From NCBI RefSeq assembly GCF_006345805.1, contig NC_043003.1:61256001-61320000 (forward strand): a stretch of DNA of 64,000 nt, read 5' to 3'. The notes beneath the pieces are model-generated. The model saw only the letters and a program-made list of their open reading frames with translations. It was not told the DNA's origin and did no database searches. This DNA comes from Octopus sinensis. Lineage: Eukaryota. The position numbers and the translations under genes were made by a program. Shown here in pieces: positions 23,705-38,364 of the stretch (position 1 is the first letter of the stretch; each line of letters opens with the position of its first letter).

Positions 23705-26342
23705 GACCTTTTTTTTAACAACGAAAAAACAGAGTGTATATATATATAAAACAAAACAAAAAATGGTACAAGAACTTAACAGGCGACAACAAAACATCCG
23801 GACAGTTAGACGATACAAGTTCTAGGATCAATTTGTTCGACTTACCCTTCGGGGCAGTTTTCCAACATCGCTGCAATCCAATGGATGAAGTAAATAAAAA
23901 ATAAAAGATAATGCAGCACATTGTTGCTGAATTGTAAATGTTTTTTTATTGTAAGTGTTAGGGTTAGGAATTATAAGAGTAGGTGCAAGATGTCTCCATG
24001 AAAATTGTTTGTTTCTTTGTTTGTTTTTAATACTTAAAAAATACAGGTAAAAAATATGTCTGCTTACGGAAATATAGCGATAAAACAAAATCATTTCAGA
24101 AATAAACCAGTTAATTATTTGTTTTATTTGAATTCACGAAGGATATCTGCATTTTGTACGGAGAATGTGTATTTATACATAATTTAGAACATTGAACTCT
24201 ATGAACACCGATACCGGTTGTAATGTTGTTCGTAAATGGAATAACTGAAACGCTTTGATTTTAACCGGAAATTCAGGTCCCCTCTGCAGTTAAGGTTTAA
24301 TATTTCAATTAAAGTGTATTTTCATGATGAGATGATTCACAGCTACAGCGCCTGGACATCGACAAGCTGTTTCCACTCTCACAGTGAGAATTGACAAGTC
24401 TTGATTGACATTAATATTATTGTGTAGAAGCACTATAGTACAGTGTATCCTAGATGGTTTTAGGACACTTCCAATCTTCAGTGCAGAGGAAATCGGAAGC
24501 TGAGGTTATGCGTATTCAACCACTACAAATCACCGGGGGTAACATACAAAATTTTCCCTTTCACATTTCAAGCAGCTTTGCAAGCGGAAGCAGACTGAAA
24601 ATTGATAAGGAATGTCTGATGACAGCTCTTTTCCTTGAAATCCTCTGAATGGTAAAGTCGATTTAATCTGCGCCTTCACTCTACTAGAGTTTATTTTGTC
24701 CACTCTGGAAGGGTGAGCGACAAAATGAGATTTTAGTACAGCTTTTTACTGTCATAGAGCAAATGAGACACATCTTCAGCTCTTAATGTATTAAAGCTTT
24801 TCTCAAAATTCATAACTTTCACTCGTTTATCTGCAGATTCAATATAATTTACATCATAGCTCTTTACATTACAACTGTATTTTTACGCTTACGTCTAGCC
24901 TTTCATCTTAAGCTACACACGATGCTCGCTGCAGCTGCTGCTGCTGCTGCTGCTTCTTGCCGCACTATACGTTGTTGTTTTTGCTCTTTTGTTCTTTCTT
25001 ACTGATCCCGCATTTTGTAAGAAAACTAAATTCAAAGCAGTCGCTGTAATGTCTTGAAGATGTCGAGTCTTTTAGTTCTTCGCTGTTGGTTTTTTTTTTA
25101 TTACTTTTGTATTTATCGTTTCCTTGTTAGTTGTAATTCTTGTTCATATTTATATACTTTTATTATTTTTCAGCATTATTTTGTTGTTGCTTTTATCGTT
25201 AATGTCAAAGTCGTATAAAATAATTACTGTGAAGATGCAATTTGCAACATCGTTAGAGAACTATCTACCTAATAGCATTTTTGAACAATTTCAGACTGAT
25301 ATCTTTATCAGAAGGGATAATACCGGCAAGTAGATGATGTCAGAATATCTCGATAACTATCTTCCAAGTCGGTAAGATTTTGAAAGCGACAACATAAAAC
25401 GTGATACAAACTTTAGATATTTGTGGAATTGACATCAAAAGTGGATGAAGCTGAAATAATATTCCATAAAGATTGATTTTTTCTTTCTTCTCTTCACAAA
25501 TTGCTGTCTCCGAAAAATCCGCAACCTTGCTATCTTACCAAAGCCTGTACTGTAATTAATTGGTAGCGCTATAAGTAAATTTGTTCGTATCTATTTGTTT
25601 CTATATTTTAGCATTTAATGGTCAAGAATTGTCACGCCTGCGCAAAAACATTTTATCTCTATCTCTCTCCCATTCTCACATACTCACACATACACACTTG
25701 GGTATGCACATACTCACACAGGATGCACAATTACACACACATACATGCTGTTGTATATTCGTGCTGGAAGAACGATAATTTAAAGCTATATATTCAACGC
25801 ATAAATCAGGAGAGGAAGTATTTGTTTATTAAGATCATGGTTCTAACATGATCTACTGGGTTTCATTTTTCTTAGATTTTATCTGAGAGCCGAATGCAAT
25901 GAAGAATGAATCATGACAGATCTTGTTAGATTTATCACTGAAACAGACAAATAAATGAGTTATTCCAACAAAACCCTGCTTAATTGAGACTTGAAAGTTT
26001 CATCGGCTGCAATTTTAATTCACAGTTGCAGTCACTCTACATTTCATTCCAATGAATTATTTTATCCTACATTTTTCGCGAGTCCTTTGCAGGTTATTGT
26101 TACTTGTTTTCCAAATTTCTTAGAAGTAAACACTTCATATATAAATGTGTGTGCATGTGTGTGTGTGTGTGTGTATGTACATCTTCATAAACATTTTATT
26201 TAATCGGGCGTTGACTGAAGATTATTGCAACGTACACATAAGCAATATGAAACCACAGGTATCAGCTTCGCAAGACAACAAAATAAGGAATAATTCACAT
26301 TCTATTAAAGTAGTAATAACTACACTTTCATTGTGTATATAC

Positions 26343-26622
26343 AGGCGCAGGCGTGGCTGTGTGGTAAGAAGCTTCTTTCCCAACCACATGGTTCCGGGTT
26401 CATTCCCACTGCGTGGCACTTTGGCCAAATGCCTTCTACTATGGATTTGGTGGACAGAAACTGAAAGAAGCTCGTGGTATATATGTATATATTTGGGTGT
26501 GTGTTTCTCTACCCACCATCGCTTGACAGAAAATAAGTCTTGGGGGCGATTTGTTCGATTAGAGGTGGTGCTTCATTATGGCCGCAGCTAAATGACTGTA
26601 ACAAGTAAAAGAATAAAAGAAT
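26343..26622 (+). mobile_element. SINE family A (internally deleted)
   Basis: Head and tail match the family. Confidence 0.8.
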
Positions 26623-26663
26623 ATATGTAAAAAAATATATATATATATAAAACTATATATCTT

Positions 26664-26754
<91 letters not shown>

Positions 26755-26779
26755 ACATATATACATATATACATATATA

Positions 26780-27158
26780 TACTCTTTTCATTTATCTTTT
26801 ATTTGCTTCAGACATTTAGCTGCGGCCATGCTGGGGCACCGTTTTTAGGACTTATTCTTTGTAAGCATAGTACTTATTCTACCGGTTCTTTTGCCGAACC
26901 GCTAGGTTATGGGGAAGTAAACGCATCAATATCAGTTGTCAAGCGACGGTAGGGGGACAAACACAGACACATAAACATCATGTATATATATATATGCACG
27001 ACGGGATTCTTTCAGTTTCCGTCTACCAAATCCACTCACAAGGCTATGGTTGGCCCAAGGCTAGAGTAGAAGACACTTGCCCAAAGTGCCACGCAGTGAA
27101 ACTGAATCCGGGAGCATGTGGTTGGTAAGCAAGCTACTTAACACACACCCACTCCTGT
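26780..27158 (-). mobile_element. SINE family A
   Basis: Full head-to-tail match. Confidence 0.85.
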
Positions 27159-27619
27159 CACACACACACATACACACACGCACATACACACACGTATATG
27201 CATATATGTATACATACTTATCTATATACACATATATACATAGATATGTGCATATATATTTACAAACATATATATGTCTATATATATACATATATATATA
27301 TATATATGTATGTATATATATATATATATGTACATATATGTGTATATATATGTATGTATATATATATCCATTTATGCATATGTATATATACGCATATATA
27401 TATATGTATATATATATATACATATATATATATTGTATGTACACATATATATACCGTATTTGATGACATGTAAAGGCCAGCAAGTATGTGTGAAATATTT
27501 AGGAAAACTCTTTTACGGTGTGTTTAAGCATTTTTTTTTTTAGCTATTGGTTTAAAACCAAGAAGATAACTATCTATTAACCATGAATGGATTCTAATTC
27601 GAAAATGTAGATTGGCTTG

Positions 27620-28090
27620 TGGTTTGGTACAAATGAGAAGGTTATTAAAACTTGCGTTGGAAAGCATAGCCAGCTCTGTCAAAGATGGACACCATTTTGA
27701 AATCAGATCTAAACAGAGAGCTAAAGATTAACTTCTTTCATTCAACAATAGAAACAGTGTTCATATAAGGCTGTACTACATGGACTGTACCAAAGATACT
27801 GGTGGAAAAGCGAAGATGGGATATACACAAGACATGCGAGAGCAACTCTTAATATTAAATGGCAGATCGATGCAACAAACCAGGTTCTTACAAGTGTTAC
27901 CTCAACCATAAAGAAAGAAGGCACATTCTTCGCACACTGCTTTCGTAACAAGGATGGAGTGAAATAATGTTACGAATGTTGATATGGGGAAAGTGATCTT
28001 GGAGTCGTCCTGCCTGGACATTTATCTATCAACTGGTTGAAAGCCCTGGTCTGCTGAAGACCAACCTGCCATACTGGAAGGACCGTTTCC
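27620..28090 (+). mobile_element. RTE-X-like LINE ORF 3' remnant
   Basis: Disrupted translation ...LKINFFHSTIETVF..GCTTWT...DGIYTR..RATLNIKWQ...TN...F.HCFR...RPAWTFIYQL. Confidence 0.65.
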
Positions 28091-29296
28091 CTTATTGACT
28101 TAAATTTACCCTTATTTATCCCGTATTTACCCCTGACTTCAGTGTTACTATAGTAGAATTCAGTCTGTTACAAAAAGTCGAATCAAGGTTTCTTTTTCCC
28201 ACCACTCTTGGGAAGAATGGGTAATGTTCAAACTTAACACCCTAATAAATCAATGAAAATAATCCGCCATTCTTACGACGTATCATATCTTGCTTTCTGA
28301 CTAATTTCTTATATTGTTGAGGACACTGACCACTAATTGCTAGATCAGATTTAATTAAATTATATGATATCCGTGCCTGTTCTTAAGATATTAAGCATAA
28401 CTTCAAGTAATAATCGAAGCCAGTTTAAAATCGGTTCGCCAGCAATTTATTTATTTTCGATACTGGCTTATCTGGTGATAATAACAACAGTAATGTTTCT
28501 TAATTCGGTACCATCTAATATTTTCCTTTAACCATAAATAGCGGAAGATCTTCAACAAAAATAAAGTTTAAGTCAGCTACAATTGCACCAAGCCTTCGCT
28601 CTTTGCACACTACGAACGCTCGTAGCCCTTCTTTCTGAAATTACAACATACCTAATATCTGGTCTCTCAAATTTATATACCTTTCCAAAGCATTAGTTTA
28701 TCAGATGATGGTCTCTCTTGCACACTACTACGAAACAGAACGTTAATACAGGACTTACTGAAAATTCTTTTGAGAAAGTATACTCGCAGAAAGATTCACA
28801 ATAAATACACGATAAAAAATTATTCAGAAAATAAAGAGTAATAATATTCACGAATAAGAAATAGATTCATCTTTTATGTAACACGCAGACATCAATATCT
28901 GTGAGAAATACAGCATCGTCTGGCATTTAAAAAATATATTGGAACTGGTAAATCCTTGTAGACACTTCCAGTGATAGTTATTGAGATATTTTCAAATACC
29001 ACCCAGTTAAAATAGTATATTTCCCGCAGGATAAATTTGCCCTGCCATTAAACTTGGTTGCATACAGAAAAAAAAACAGCACTCAGTGTTCTATCAGCAT
29101 AAAACTACATTATCAACAGTTTCCTTCTTTACTAGCTTGTGCTTAACACATATGGTAATGAAGGTATTGCATGTTTTACATTTCGAAACATTGATATATC
29201 ATATTTTATGCGTTTAACACTTGACGAGATGTATGTGACAAATTCTCAAACGTTTTCTTTCGTTTTTGTTTTTTCTTTTTTGTTTTGTAAACAAAC

Positions 29297-29718
29297 AGGC
29301 ATAGGAGTAGCTGTGTGGTAAGTAGCTTGCTTACGAACCACATGGTTCCCGGTTCAGTCTCACTGCGTGGCACCTTGGGCAAGTGTCTTCTACTATAGCT
29401 TCGGGCCGACTAAAGCCTTCTAAGTCGATTTGGTAGATGGAAACTGAAAGAAGCCCGTTGTATATATGTATATATATATATATGTGTATGTATGTGTGTG
29501 TATGTGTTTGTGTGTCTGTGTTTGCCCCCCATCCCAACATCGCTTGACAACCCATGCTGGTGCGTTTACGGCCCCGTACCTTAGCGGTTCGGCAAAATAG
29601 ACCGATAGAATAAGTACTAGGCTTACAAAGAATAAGTCCTGGGGTCGATTTGCTCGACTAAAGGTGGTGCTCCAGCATGGCCACAGTCAAAGGACTGAAA
29701 CAAATAAAAGAGTAAAAG
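29297..29718 (+). mobile_element. SINE family A
   Basis: Full head-to-tail match. Confidence 0.9.
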
Positions 29719-31299
29719 GGTACACAGATTTCCATGAATAATTTATATTTCGTTGTATTTAGGAACAGTTTTGTCATGGTACCCCACCATGACAGTTGCC
29801 CGATGAGTGAAACCTTTGAAATGATAAAAAACTATATTGTCACACTGTTTCTATTCTTTAATCGTTTAAATGACTGGCAACGTAGAACACTAAATAATGA
29901 TTCTAGAAACTTCTTATAATATAATACATATATATGTACACACCACACACAAGCACACCATATACACCCTACCAAACCACTCACACACATAAGCGTGTGT
30001 GTGTATACACATGCGCGCGCGTGTGTGTGTGTGTGTGTATGTATGTGTTCATATGTATATGTATTTGCACATTATGAGTATGTGTGCATGCGTGTATGTT
30101 TTATTTTTACCGGTATCAAAACGAAAATTTAGCTTACCGACCTCAGTTCGATAGAATTTCCCTATTATACAACATGCATACACCTACATTACTACCTCTT
30201 GAATATCTAACCTTTGTCTTTCGGAGAAATACAACATACTTTGGTATGTTTTTAAAGAAAATTTCGTATTTGGGAATCGGCAAGATTTATTAAATCAAGG
30301 GTTGTAATACGACAGAAATCAAATAACTGAAACCAGAAAATAAATACTCATGAAATTAAATCCTAGCATTAACCTAAGCCCTTTGTTGCTTTTTTTTATT
30401 CACAGATCATATTTGTCCTTAAAAATTTTACTTGAGAATTGTGCTGTCTTTTGTAACATTGGTTATTTCTGTAAACAGTTGTAAATATGGAATTTTCTTT
30501 AACCTTTCGAAACTATTAATTCCATGCTTACAAATAGGTTATTTTAAAATCTGGAGCTTCATTCTATTATTGTTGTTGCTGTTGCTGCTGTTTTTGTTTT
30601 TGTTGTTGTTGTTGAATTGCAAGACGTCGTCGCAGTATCGTAATTGTAAAGATAATTTACTTAAATGAATCTTTACTTGCGGCAATCTGTTATGGAATAT
30701 AATAATAATCAGTTCAAAAGGCCTTTAAGAGAAATGCCAATAGATTTTTTTTTTGTTGAAACTGACGCCATTTCGTCAATCCTAGTTTTCCTCCTTCTCC
30801 TTCTCCTCATCATCATGATTATTATCATTATTATTATTATCATTGTTGTTGTTGTTGTTGTTATATTCATGTATTTATTTGATTTTCGTGAGATAAACTT
30901 CAAGTGTATTTTTATGAAGTAAAATCGTTATATCCTCTTTTACTAGACACAAGTAAATCCAACTCAATCAAAAGCAACAAAATTCTACAATAAACAACGA
31001 CACGCCAAACAAAGAACTAAATGTTTCAAAACCAATAGAAATTCTAGTTTATGCCTTTCTTTTTCACTAAGTGGTTCTAGTTTTGTAACTCTTGTGTCTT
31101 TTGCAATACACAATACACCTTAAATGGCTTCAGTTATTTGACTGCTGACCTTTTGTGGTACCACTTTCAAGTGTCTTTTAGTCGATTACATCAACCCCTG
31201 TACTTGCATCAGTTAGGCTTATATTTTATCGATTTCTGTTTATCATTATTTATCAAACAGATAAGTGACTATTTAAAAAAAAACACAAATGCAAGTCGC

Positions 31300-32118
31300 C
31301 GCCGGGGTACCGTAAAGTAACCGAAGAGTTTTCTGTGGTACAAGCCCTTTGTAGTTCATTATTTGATGTGAGCGTCATTGAAGCTACTTATGTGAGCTTC
31401 AGGGATCAGTCTGCCGACTGGCGGCTTCCGGTGGAGTCCTACTATCATGTTGTGTGCCTTAGTTTTGCTGTGCTTCTCCCTGCTCGTCGATTTTTGCAAT
31501 GGCTGAAACGAAGGAACAGCGTGCTTCAGTGAAATTCAGTTTACCGTTGGGTAAAACGGCGACCAAAACAGTTTTTTCATGCTTCAAACAACTTACAAGG
31601 CCGCTGCCATGTGCAAAACATAAGTTTACGACTGGTTTTCACGCTTTAGGAATGACTACTTGTCGCTTGAGGATCAACCACATTCAAGTCGATATGACTG
31701 GTTTGGCCGATATGACTGGTTTGGCCTGAAACTCCTGCCAACAAATTTTGACGAGGAATTGCAGCAAAATTTGTGCTTCGCTTGCTCATGGAAGATCAAA
31801 AGCCGTCACGACTGAATGCATGTCGTGAACTGAAAGCTCTTTTTCGAAGGTCGTCACTGATGATGAATGTTGGTGCAATAGAGTTTGTAGATGTGGAAGA
31901 GGTGAAGAAGAAAAACGATAGCAGCGTTAGAGGGCATCACTTCGCAAGAGTTCCAGTACTGCTTCGAATAGTGGAAAACCAGTGGAAAACGCGTCTGGAC
32001 CGATGCATTGCTTCAAATGGAGAATACTTTGAAGGCGATAAAACTGTAAACATACAAAACTAAGTTAATTAAATAATATTGCAAAATTCCGGTTTCTTTT
32101 GGGTCCTCCCACCTACGA
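31300..32118 (+). mobile_element. Internally deleted mariner element
   Basis: N-terminus MAETKEQRASVKFSLPLGKTA...VYDWFSRFR..SLEDQPHSSR and C-terminus WKTRLDRCIASNGEYFEGD. Imperfect TIRs at ~31300-31326 and ~32088-32115. Confidence 0.8.
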
Positions 32119-32286
32119 AGACAAAGGTAAAAACATAGACACATGAGTGTGCATGTATGTATGTATGTATGTATGTATACACACACATATATACATATAT
32201 ATATGTTACATATGTATTTATGCATATATATGTATGTATACATATGTATACATACATACAAATATACATTATATATATATATATAT

Positions 32287-32435
32287 AATTTTTTATAATT
32301 ATGAGTATGAACCCTAATTATAATTATACTCATAATTATAAAAAAATTTGTTTAAGTTTACCGATAATGGTTCTTTTAACATACCGAACTACTTGGTAAA
32401 ATTATCAATTATTAATTAATTAATTAATTTTACCC

Positions 32436-32440
<5 letters not shown>
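32287..32440 (+). mobile_element. Short hairpin + degenerate HHR-like unit (PLE terminus)
   Basis: 22-bp inverted repeat (32287-32348), then ttta-CCGATAA-TGG...CC-GAAC-TACTTGGTA. Same layout as 34981-35135. Confidence 0.45.
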
Positions 32441-32475
<35 letters not shown>

Positions 32476-33112
32476 CATATGTATACATGCATACATATAT
32501 ATGCATAAATACATATGTAACATATATATGTGCGTGTGTGTGTGTGTTTGTATACATGCATACACACTCATATGTGTGTATTATGTCTGTATGTATGAAT
32601 GCATGTATGTTTACAAGACGTGCTTCTTCACAGTTTCCGTCCATTGACTAGGTCTGAGACAGAAGCTATGACTTTATACCCGCTGTTACATTTGTCCCAA
32701 CCATTCGATAGTTTTAGTTTGAGATATTATTGAACTGTTAGGAATACTTGACATGCACAGTACTTCTTCAGGAAATAGTTTACTGCTGCATCTTTGATAT
32801 TCCAATTAAAATTTTGTCTCGGGTCTTGGAAAGTTCTTAAAAGGAATTAATTTGTACAGTGTTTATAACGTAACGAATCTTGAAACAGAAGACAACCTAC
32901 GTAACATTAGTTTGAACTTTATATTCACTGCAAACGTTGGCGTAGATAAAAAGAAAACATAATTATAAGGTTTGCAATTGTTGATTACAATGCTTGGTAA
33001 TAAACTCCGAAGCAGGAAATTGTGTTTCTATAGCGGGGAAACAAAGTTCATTGTTTGAAAAACTGTATAAATTGAATTTCTGACGTAAGAGACTGAATTC
33101 TTTATATAGGTT

Positions 33113-33624
33113 ACTAGCAGTATCGCCCGGCGTTGCTCGGGTTTGTAAGGGAAATAACTATATAAGCATTTTTAGAGAGTTACTTCCCTTATAGATGCCA
33201 ATTCGGGCTTTCTTAGCCATTTCTGTTTTGGTGTCTTCAAGCCATGAAGTCGTTGTTCTAAAAGAACGCTGGTCTCCTTGACAACGCATTACGACGTTGA
33301 TTTCTTTACACTCCCTTCCCCACAGCTTCACGAGGGAGGGAAGGGGGAGAAGCAAACAGGTGCAGCTGTGAGCGTGGACGCCAACTCCGCCGCCATCGAC
33401 ACACGAAAAATTATGCATTAAAATGGAATAAAAAATTATGTTAAATTATTTTTAAAATCGTAGACTCATCGTTGACGCGCGCTAATAGCCAGACGGGCTC
33501 GATATAAATCACGACTATAAGATACCCGAATTTGGTTAAACTGCACCGCAAAATGTGGGAGGAGTTAGGAATCTAAATCGAAGGGGACAGACACTCACAC
33601 AACTAGAGTTTTATATATAGAGAT
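33113..33624 (+). mobile_element. Non-autonomous Helitron/Helentron-type element (HINE/DINE-1-like)
   Basis: 5' ACTAG..CCCGGCGTTGCTCGGG hairpin and 3' TTTTATATATAGAGAT. The first ~65 bp are shared with 35167-35540. Confidence 0.65.
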
Positions 33625-33702
33625 TTAATAAATGGCTCAAAGTACAGAAATAATACTTGTGCCTTGCATTACTCAGTATCTGTAGTGTACTAAGAACATA
33701 TA

Positions 33703-34870
33703 CAGAGTTTGGACAAAATAATGGAAACACCTTAAAATTTCAAACAAATTTATTTTAATATGTGGTAAGCTTAAATTCTACGAGATATGGACTTGTACAA
33801 ATTTTGAATTGATTCCAAAGGAATTTTTGTCGTTTCTTCAGCTAAAACCGTCTCTAGTTCTTGTAGTGACGATGGTAGAGGATATCGACTCCTTGATTGT
33901 TTTTCTAAAATGCACCATAAATGTTTAATAATATTGAGATCTGGCGACTGTGGTGACCAGATAAGATGTTCAACTTCACTAGAATGTTCCTCGTGTCATT
34001 CAGTAACAACTTTAGCTGTGTGAATTGGTGCATTATCATCCTGAAAGAATGTGTTTCCTTCCAGAAACAGTTCTGCAATCATGAGATGAATTTGATCAGA
34101 TAAAATTCTTAAATAGTCTTCACTATTAATTCTGCCATAACGGGAAGTCATTGGGCCGGCGGATTTCCAAGAAATAGCCCTCCAGATCATCACAGACCCT
34201 CCTCCATGTTTTATAATTGGAAGAAGGCAGTCTGGGTCAAATGCTTCTTTTGGCTGTCTCCACACGTATACTCGGCCGGTGATCGAAAATAAGGTAAAGG
34301 ATGACTCGTCCGAAAAAATATCATTATTCTATTGCTCTAGGGATCAATTCTGTAGGTCTTTACTCCACTCTAAACGCTTCGCAACGTTTGCTTTTGAAGG
34401 TAGTGGTTTTCTCATTGCTGCCCTCCCGTGAAGTCCGGCTTTGTGCAGCTCCTGGCGAACAGTTTTTGTGAGAACTGGGTTCTCAATGTGGTCATTAAGC
34501 CCTGCAGTAATTTTGGGAGCTGTACTTTTGTGATCCTTTCAAACAATTTGCGTAAGTGTCCGATGGTCCCTATCTGAAAGTTTTGGTTTTCTTTCGAAGT
34601 TTTGTTTCGATGAGGAGGTTTTCCCTCTTTCTCAAAAGCTGTCGTTATTTTTGAGACAGTATTTCTCGATACACCAAACATTTCGGCTGTTTTCGTTACA
34701 CTAGTGCCTGCCATACGAGCACCAACAATTTGACCCTTTTGAAAGTCCAATAGATCTGTCATTTTAATGAATTTTAATTACCTTTTTCTGGTGATATCTG
34801 AAAAGAAACAGCAATTTTAGCAAAACATATTAAGCAACACTGATAATAAATAAAAAAAAAACATAAAAAT
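33703..34870 (-). mobile_element. Tc1-family DNA transposon, frameshifted transposase
   Basis: MTDLLDFQKGQIVGARMAGTSVTKTAEMFGVSR, KHGGGSVMIW, FQDDNAPIH, WSPQSPDLNII motifs. TIR-like CAGAGTTTGGACAAAATAATGGAAACACC follows TA at 33701-33702; the other end is lost in (TA)n. Confidence 0.9.
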
Positions 34871-34894
34871 AAATTAGCTTTTGATGGTTTTATA

Positions 34895-34976
<82 letters not shown>

Positions 34977-34980
34977 TATA

Positions 34981-35133
34981 TACTAAGCAATAAAGGGTTT
35001 AGCAACGAATTGCTAAACCCTTATTGCTTAGTATTACTTAAATTTTCTCGAATGAGGCTTTTACATGCCGAAGACTACTTGGTGTAATTGATAATTATTC
35101 CAAATTAATTAATTCACCCTTCATTATTACGGA

Positions 35134-35135
<2 letters not shown>
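34981..35135 (+). mobile_element. Short hairpin + degenerate HHR-like unit (PLE terminus)
   Basis: Near-perfect 24-bp-arm hairpin (34981-35033), then CGAATGA-GGC(ttttacat)GCC-GAAGAC-TACTTG-GT-GTA. Confidence 0.45.
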
Positions 35136-35166
<31 letters not shown>

Positions 35167-35168
<2 letters not shown>

Positions 35169-35540
35169 TAGCAGTATCGCCCTGCGTTGCTCGGGTTTGT
35201 AAGGGAAATAACTATATAAGCATTTTTAGAGAGTTATAGCCAAAAAATGGAAAAAAAATTATGGTAAATTTTTTTTTAGTTAAAAAGGTCGAGTTGCGTC
35301 CCCTAGACAGTCTGTGGTTTGTGTTTCTGATTCTCGACCCCATGTCGAATTTATCGATATTTTTCAGAACTGGGGGAACTTTTCAAAATTTTCGCTGCGT
35401 TAGTTTTGAATTATGACATTGGGCTATGTGTGTGTCAAGTTTCATCAGAATCGGTTGAAAGCCGTGGTCAGGGTGAGGGTACAAGAAAACAGACACACAG
35501 AAACACGCACAGATAAACTGCCGTTTATATATAGAGAGAT
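35167..35540 (+). mobile_element. HINE/DINE-1-like element
   Basis: Same termini as 33113-33624. Confidence 0.65.
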
Positions 35541-36015
35541 GAACCACTCAGCCAGTCCATCCAACGAATATTGGTGATCATGAGTAGATCTCTTCCATTG
35601 CTTTTCATCGTTAGTGTTATCCTATTTTCTTAAATTCTCTTCAACATTTCCTTGGAAGTTTGGACTTTATATGGTCTGTCTTCTTATTCCTGCTGCTCTC
35701 CATTTCAATGCTCTTCTTGCATATTAATGATCTGGCTACCACGTGACAATACCAATTAGTCGCATTATTCGTTCTGTTACTACGTCTTGGATTCTTCCTA
35801 ACGGAACATTTGGTAAGAGAATGAGACGATTTGGAAAAGCCGCTTCGTTATTCGGGCTCTTTTGGTGAGGGTACATTTTAGTACAGAAGGCAAACACACA
35901 CGAGATGAATATTCGCTTCGTAACTACACGATTTCACTGCATAATACCTTGGATAAGTGCCATCAAGCATTAACTCTAAACCTTGTGATGGAAATTTGCT
36001 AAATGTAAACATAGG

Positions 36016-36788
36016 CATAGGAGTGGCCGTATGGTAAGTAGCTTGCCAACCACATGGTTCTGGGTTCAGTCCCTCTGCGTGGCACTTTGGGCAAGTGTCT
36101 TCTACTATAGCCTCGGACAGACGGAAACTGAAAAGAAGCCTGTCCTATATATGTGTGTGTATCTGTGTGTGTGTGTACGTGTGGGTGTGCTTGTGTATGT
36201 TTGTGTATCTGTGGTTGTCCCACCCCATCATTGCTTGACAACCGATGTTGGTATGTTCACGTCCCCGTAACTTAGCGGTTCGGCAAAAGTGACCGGCAGA
36301 ATAAGTACTAGGCTTACAAAGAAAAGTCCTGGGTTGGATTTGCTCGACTAAAGGCGGTGATCCAGCATGGCCGCAGTCAAATAACTGAAACAAATAAAAT
36401 AGGTGCAGGTGTTGCTGTGTGGTAAGAAACCTGCTTCCCAACCATATGGTTCGGAGTTCAGTTCTACTGGTCACCCGGGTCACCCAAAGCCTTGTGGTAG
36501 TCGGAAACTGAAGGAAGCATATGGTATATATGTGTGTGTATGTATGTGTGTATGTGTGTGCGCGTGTGTTTGTGTCTGTGTTTATCAGCCCCACCATCGA
36601 TTGTCAACCAGTATTGGTGTGTTTATATCCCCGTCACTTAGCGGTTCAGTAGAGGACCGATAGACTAAGTACAAGGCTTTAAAAAAATAAGTACTGAGGT
36701 CGATAGATTCGGTTAAAAATTCTTCACAGTGGTACTCCAGCATGGCCGCAGTTTAATGCCTGAAACAAGTAAAAGAGTAAAAAGAGTG
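36016..36788 (+). mobile_element. Two head-to-tail SINE family A copies
   Basis: 36016-36398 and 36401-36788. Confidence 0.85.
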
Positions 36789-37467
36789 TGAAAGCCGGTT
36801 GGAAGACGTTTCAATTTGGGTACCACAGATTTAACCCGTCTAATACCTCTATTTGACCCTTGAATACATTTAATGGAATCTATTCTGTTGTAAAAATTTG
36901 AACCAGAATTTTTATCTGAAGATAACTTCATCTCTTTGCATACCACTCTGGAAAACCCTTAAAAGTGTCGGGAGCGCTGCTGTTCCCATTCTCACTGGTC
37001 ATGTGAAAAGTTTTTGAAAATTTATAAATTATTGCAGTATTTCTTTCTAGTTGAACTATAATTTTACTAAAAAGATACCAGGCTAGATTTATGAAACTAA
37101 ACAAACATTTTGAAAATATAATCTTCGATATTTCTCAAAGATTCGCTATCGCCTATGTATGTTTAGCAGCTCAGTTTACAGTCTTTTAAATTTTTTAAAG
37201 ATTCTCTTAGCATTTGTATAACGCAGGCAATATATGACATTTAAATCAATTTCCGGATTGCTTCCTAACACAACTAAAGATGGAGTGAAGATTGCATTTA
37301 AATGATGAAGATTCAATCAAAATATATAATGTGTTGAATGATTGCTAAATAATATTCAGATATGTTTTTACGAAATAAATTACACAGTTACCAAGTTTCA
37401 TGCTACAAACTGTAAAGTTTCAATGTCATACTTCTTTTGTCAATCCCTTTCTCTCTTTGTTCCTCTC

Positions 37468-37538
<71 letters not shown>

Positions 37539-38364
37539 CATATATACGCACCATCTGCTTTCTCTCATTCTCCTTTCATTTTCTTTTCTCTTTTTCTTAT
37601 CTTTGAATGAATTCTTGCTGTTCTCTCTTATCCATGAACAATTTCCCCAAACCCGTCCACTTCACATTTGCTCTACTTTAGATCAATTTTTCATCCCAGA
37701 TGTTGACTGCACAAACTTGGTACTATTAAGTTGCTATACAATGACGTGTATGGAACACAGATTACAACATATTTCATTGGGTTCGTGACAAACTTACATT
37801 ATAAATACTCGTTTGCTTTACATTTAAAAAAAATTTAGTTGATCCACTTCCTTTTGAGAACATTTATCTAATAATCTCCTATTGTTCCATCAAGTCATAA
37901 TTTAACATATTACATAAAGAACTTAATTATTATTTCATCCTTTAACAAAATCCTATTATATAGGATTTTGCTTTTTGTACATTTTCATCAAGTTATTGTT
38001 ATGCAAAAGCTATTTGTCCGACTGTTAAATTTATATACGGCCTCCAATGAAGCCGTTCCAGATTTATTTATTGATCCAGAAAGAAAAAAAATTGCACTTA
38101 ACCTCGTGAAGGCTCATTTGTGTTTGAAAGAACAACACGTAGCTTGCTGTTAGAAAGATTAATGTTAAGTTTGACGTATTGTGGGATTCCACTCATGGAA
38201 ATATAATGTGAGGAAGAGACTTCCAGAACGACCTAGGGCAGCATAAATTATCTTCTATGAAGTCAATATAAAAATTAAGTGAAAATGACATGAATATTAA
38301 GTAACAATTACAATCTTCTAGAACTTTCATATATCCTAATGAATATTACATATTTGTACAGGGC

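Noticed and set aside
24160-25560. Unique, coding-looking region with a (GCT)n run
   Set aside because: No frame stays open beyond ~65 codons on either strand and there is no consistent splice-phase chain.
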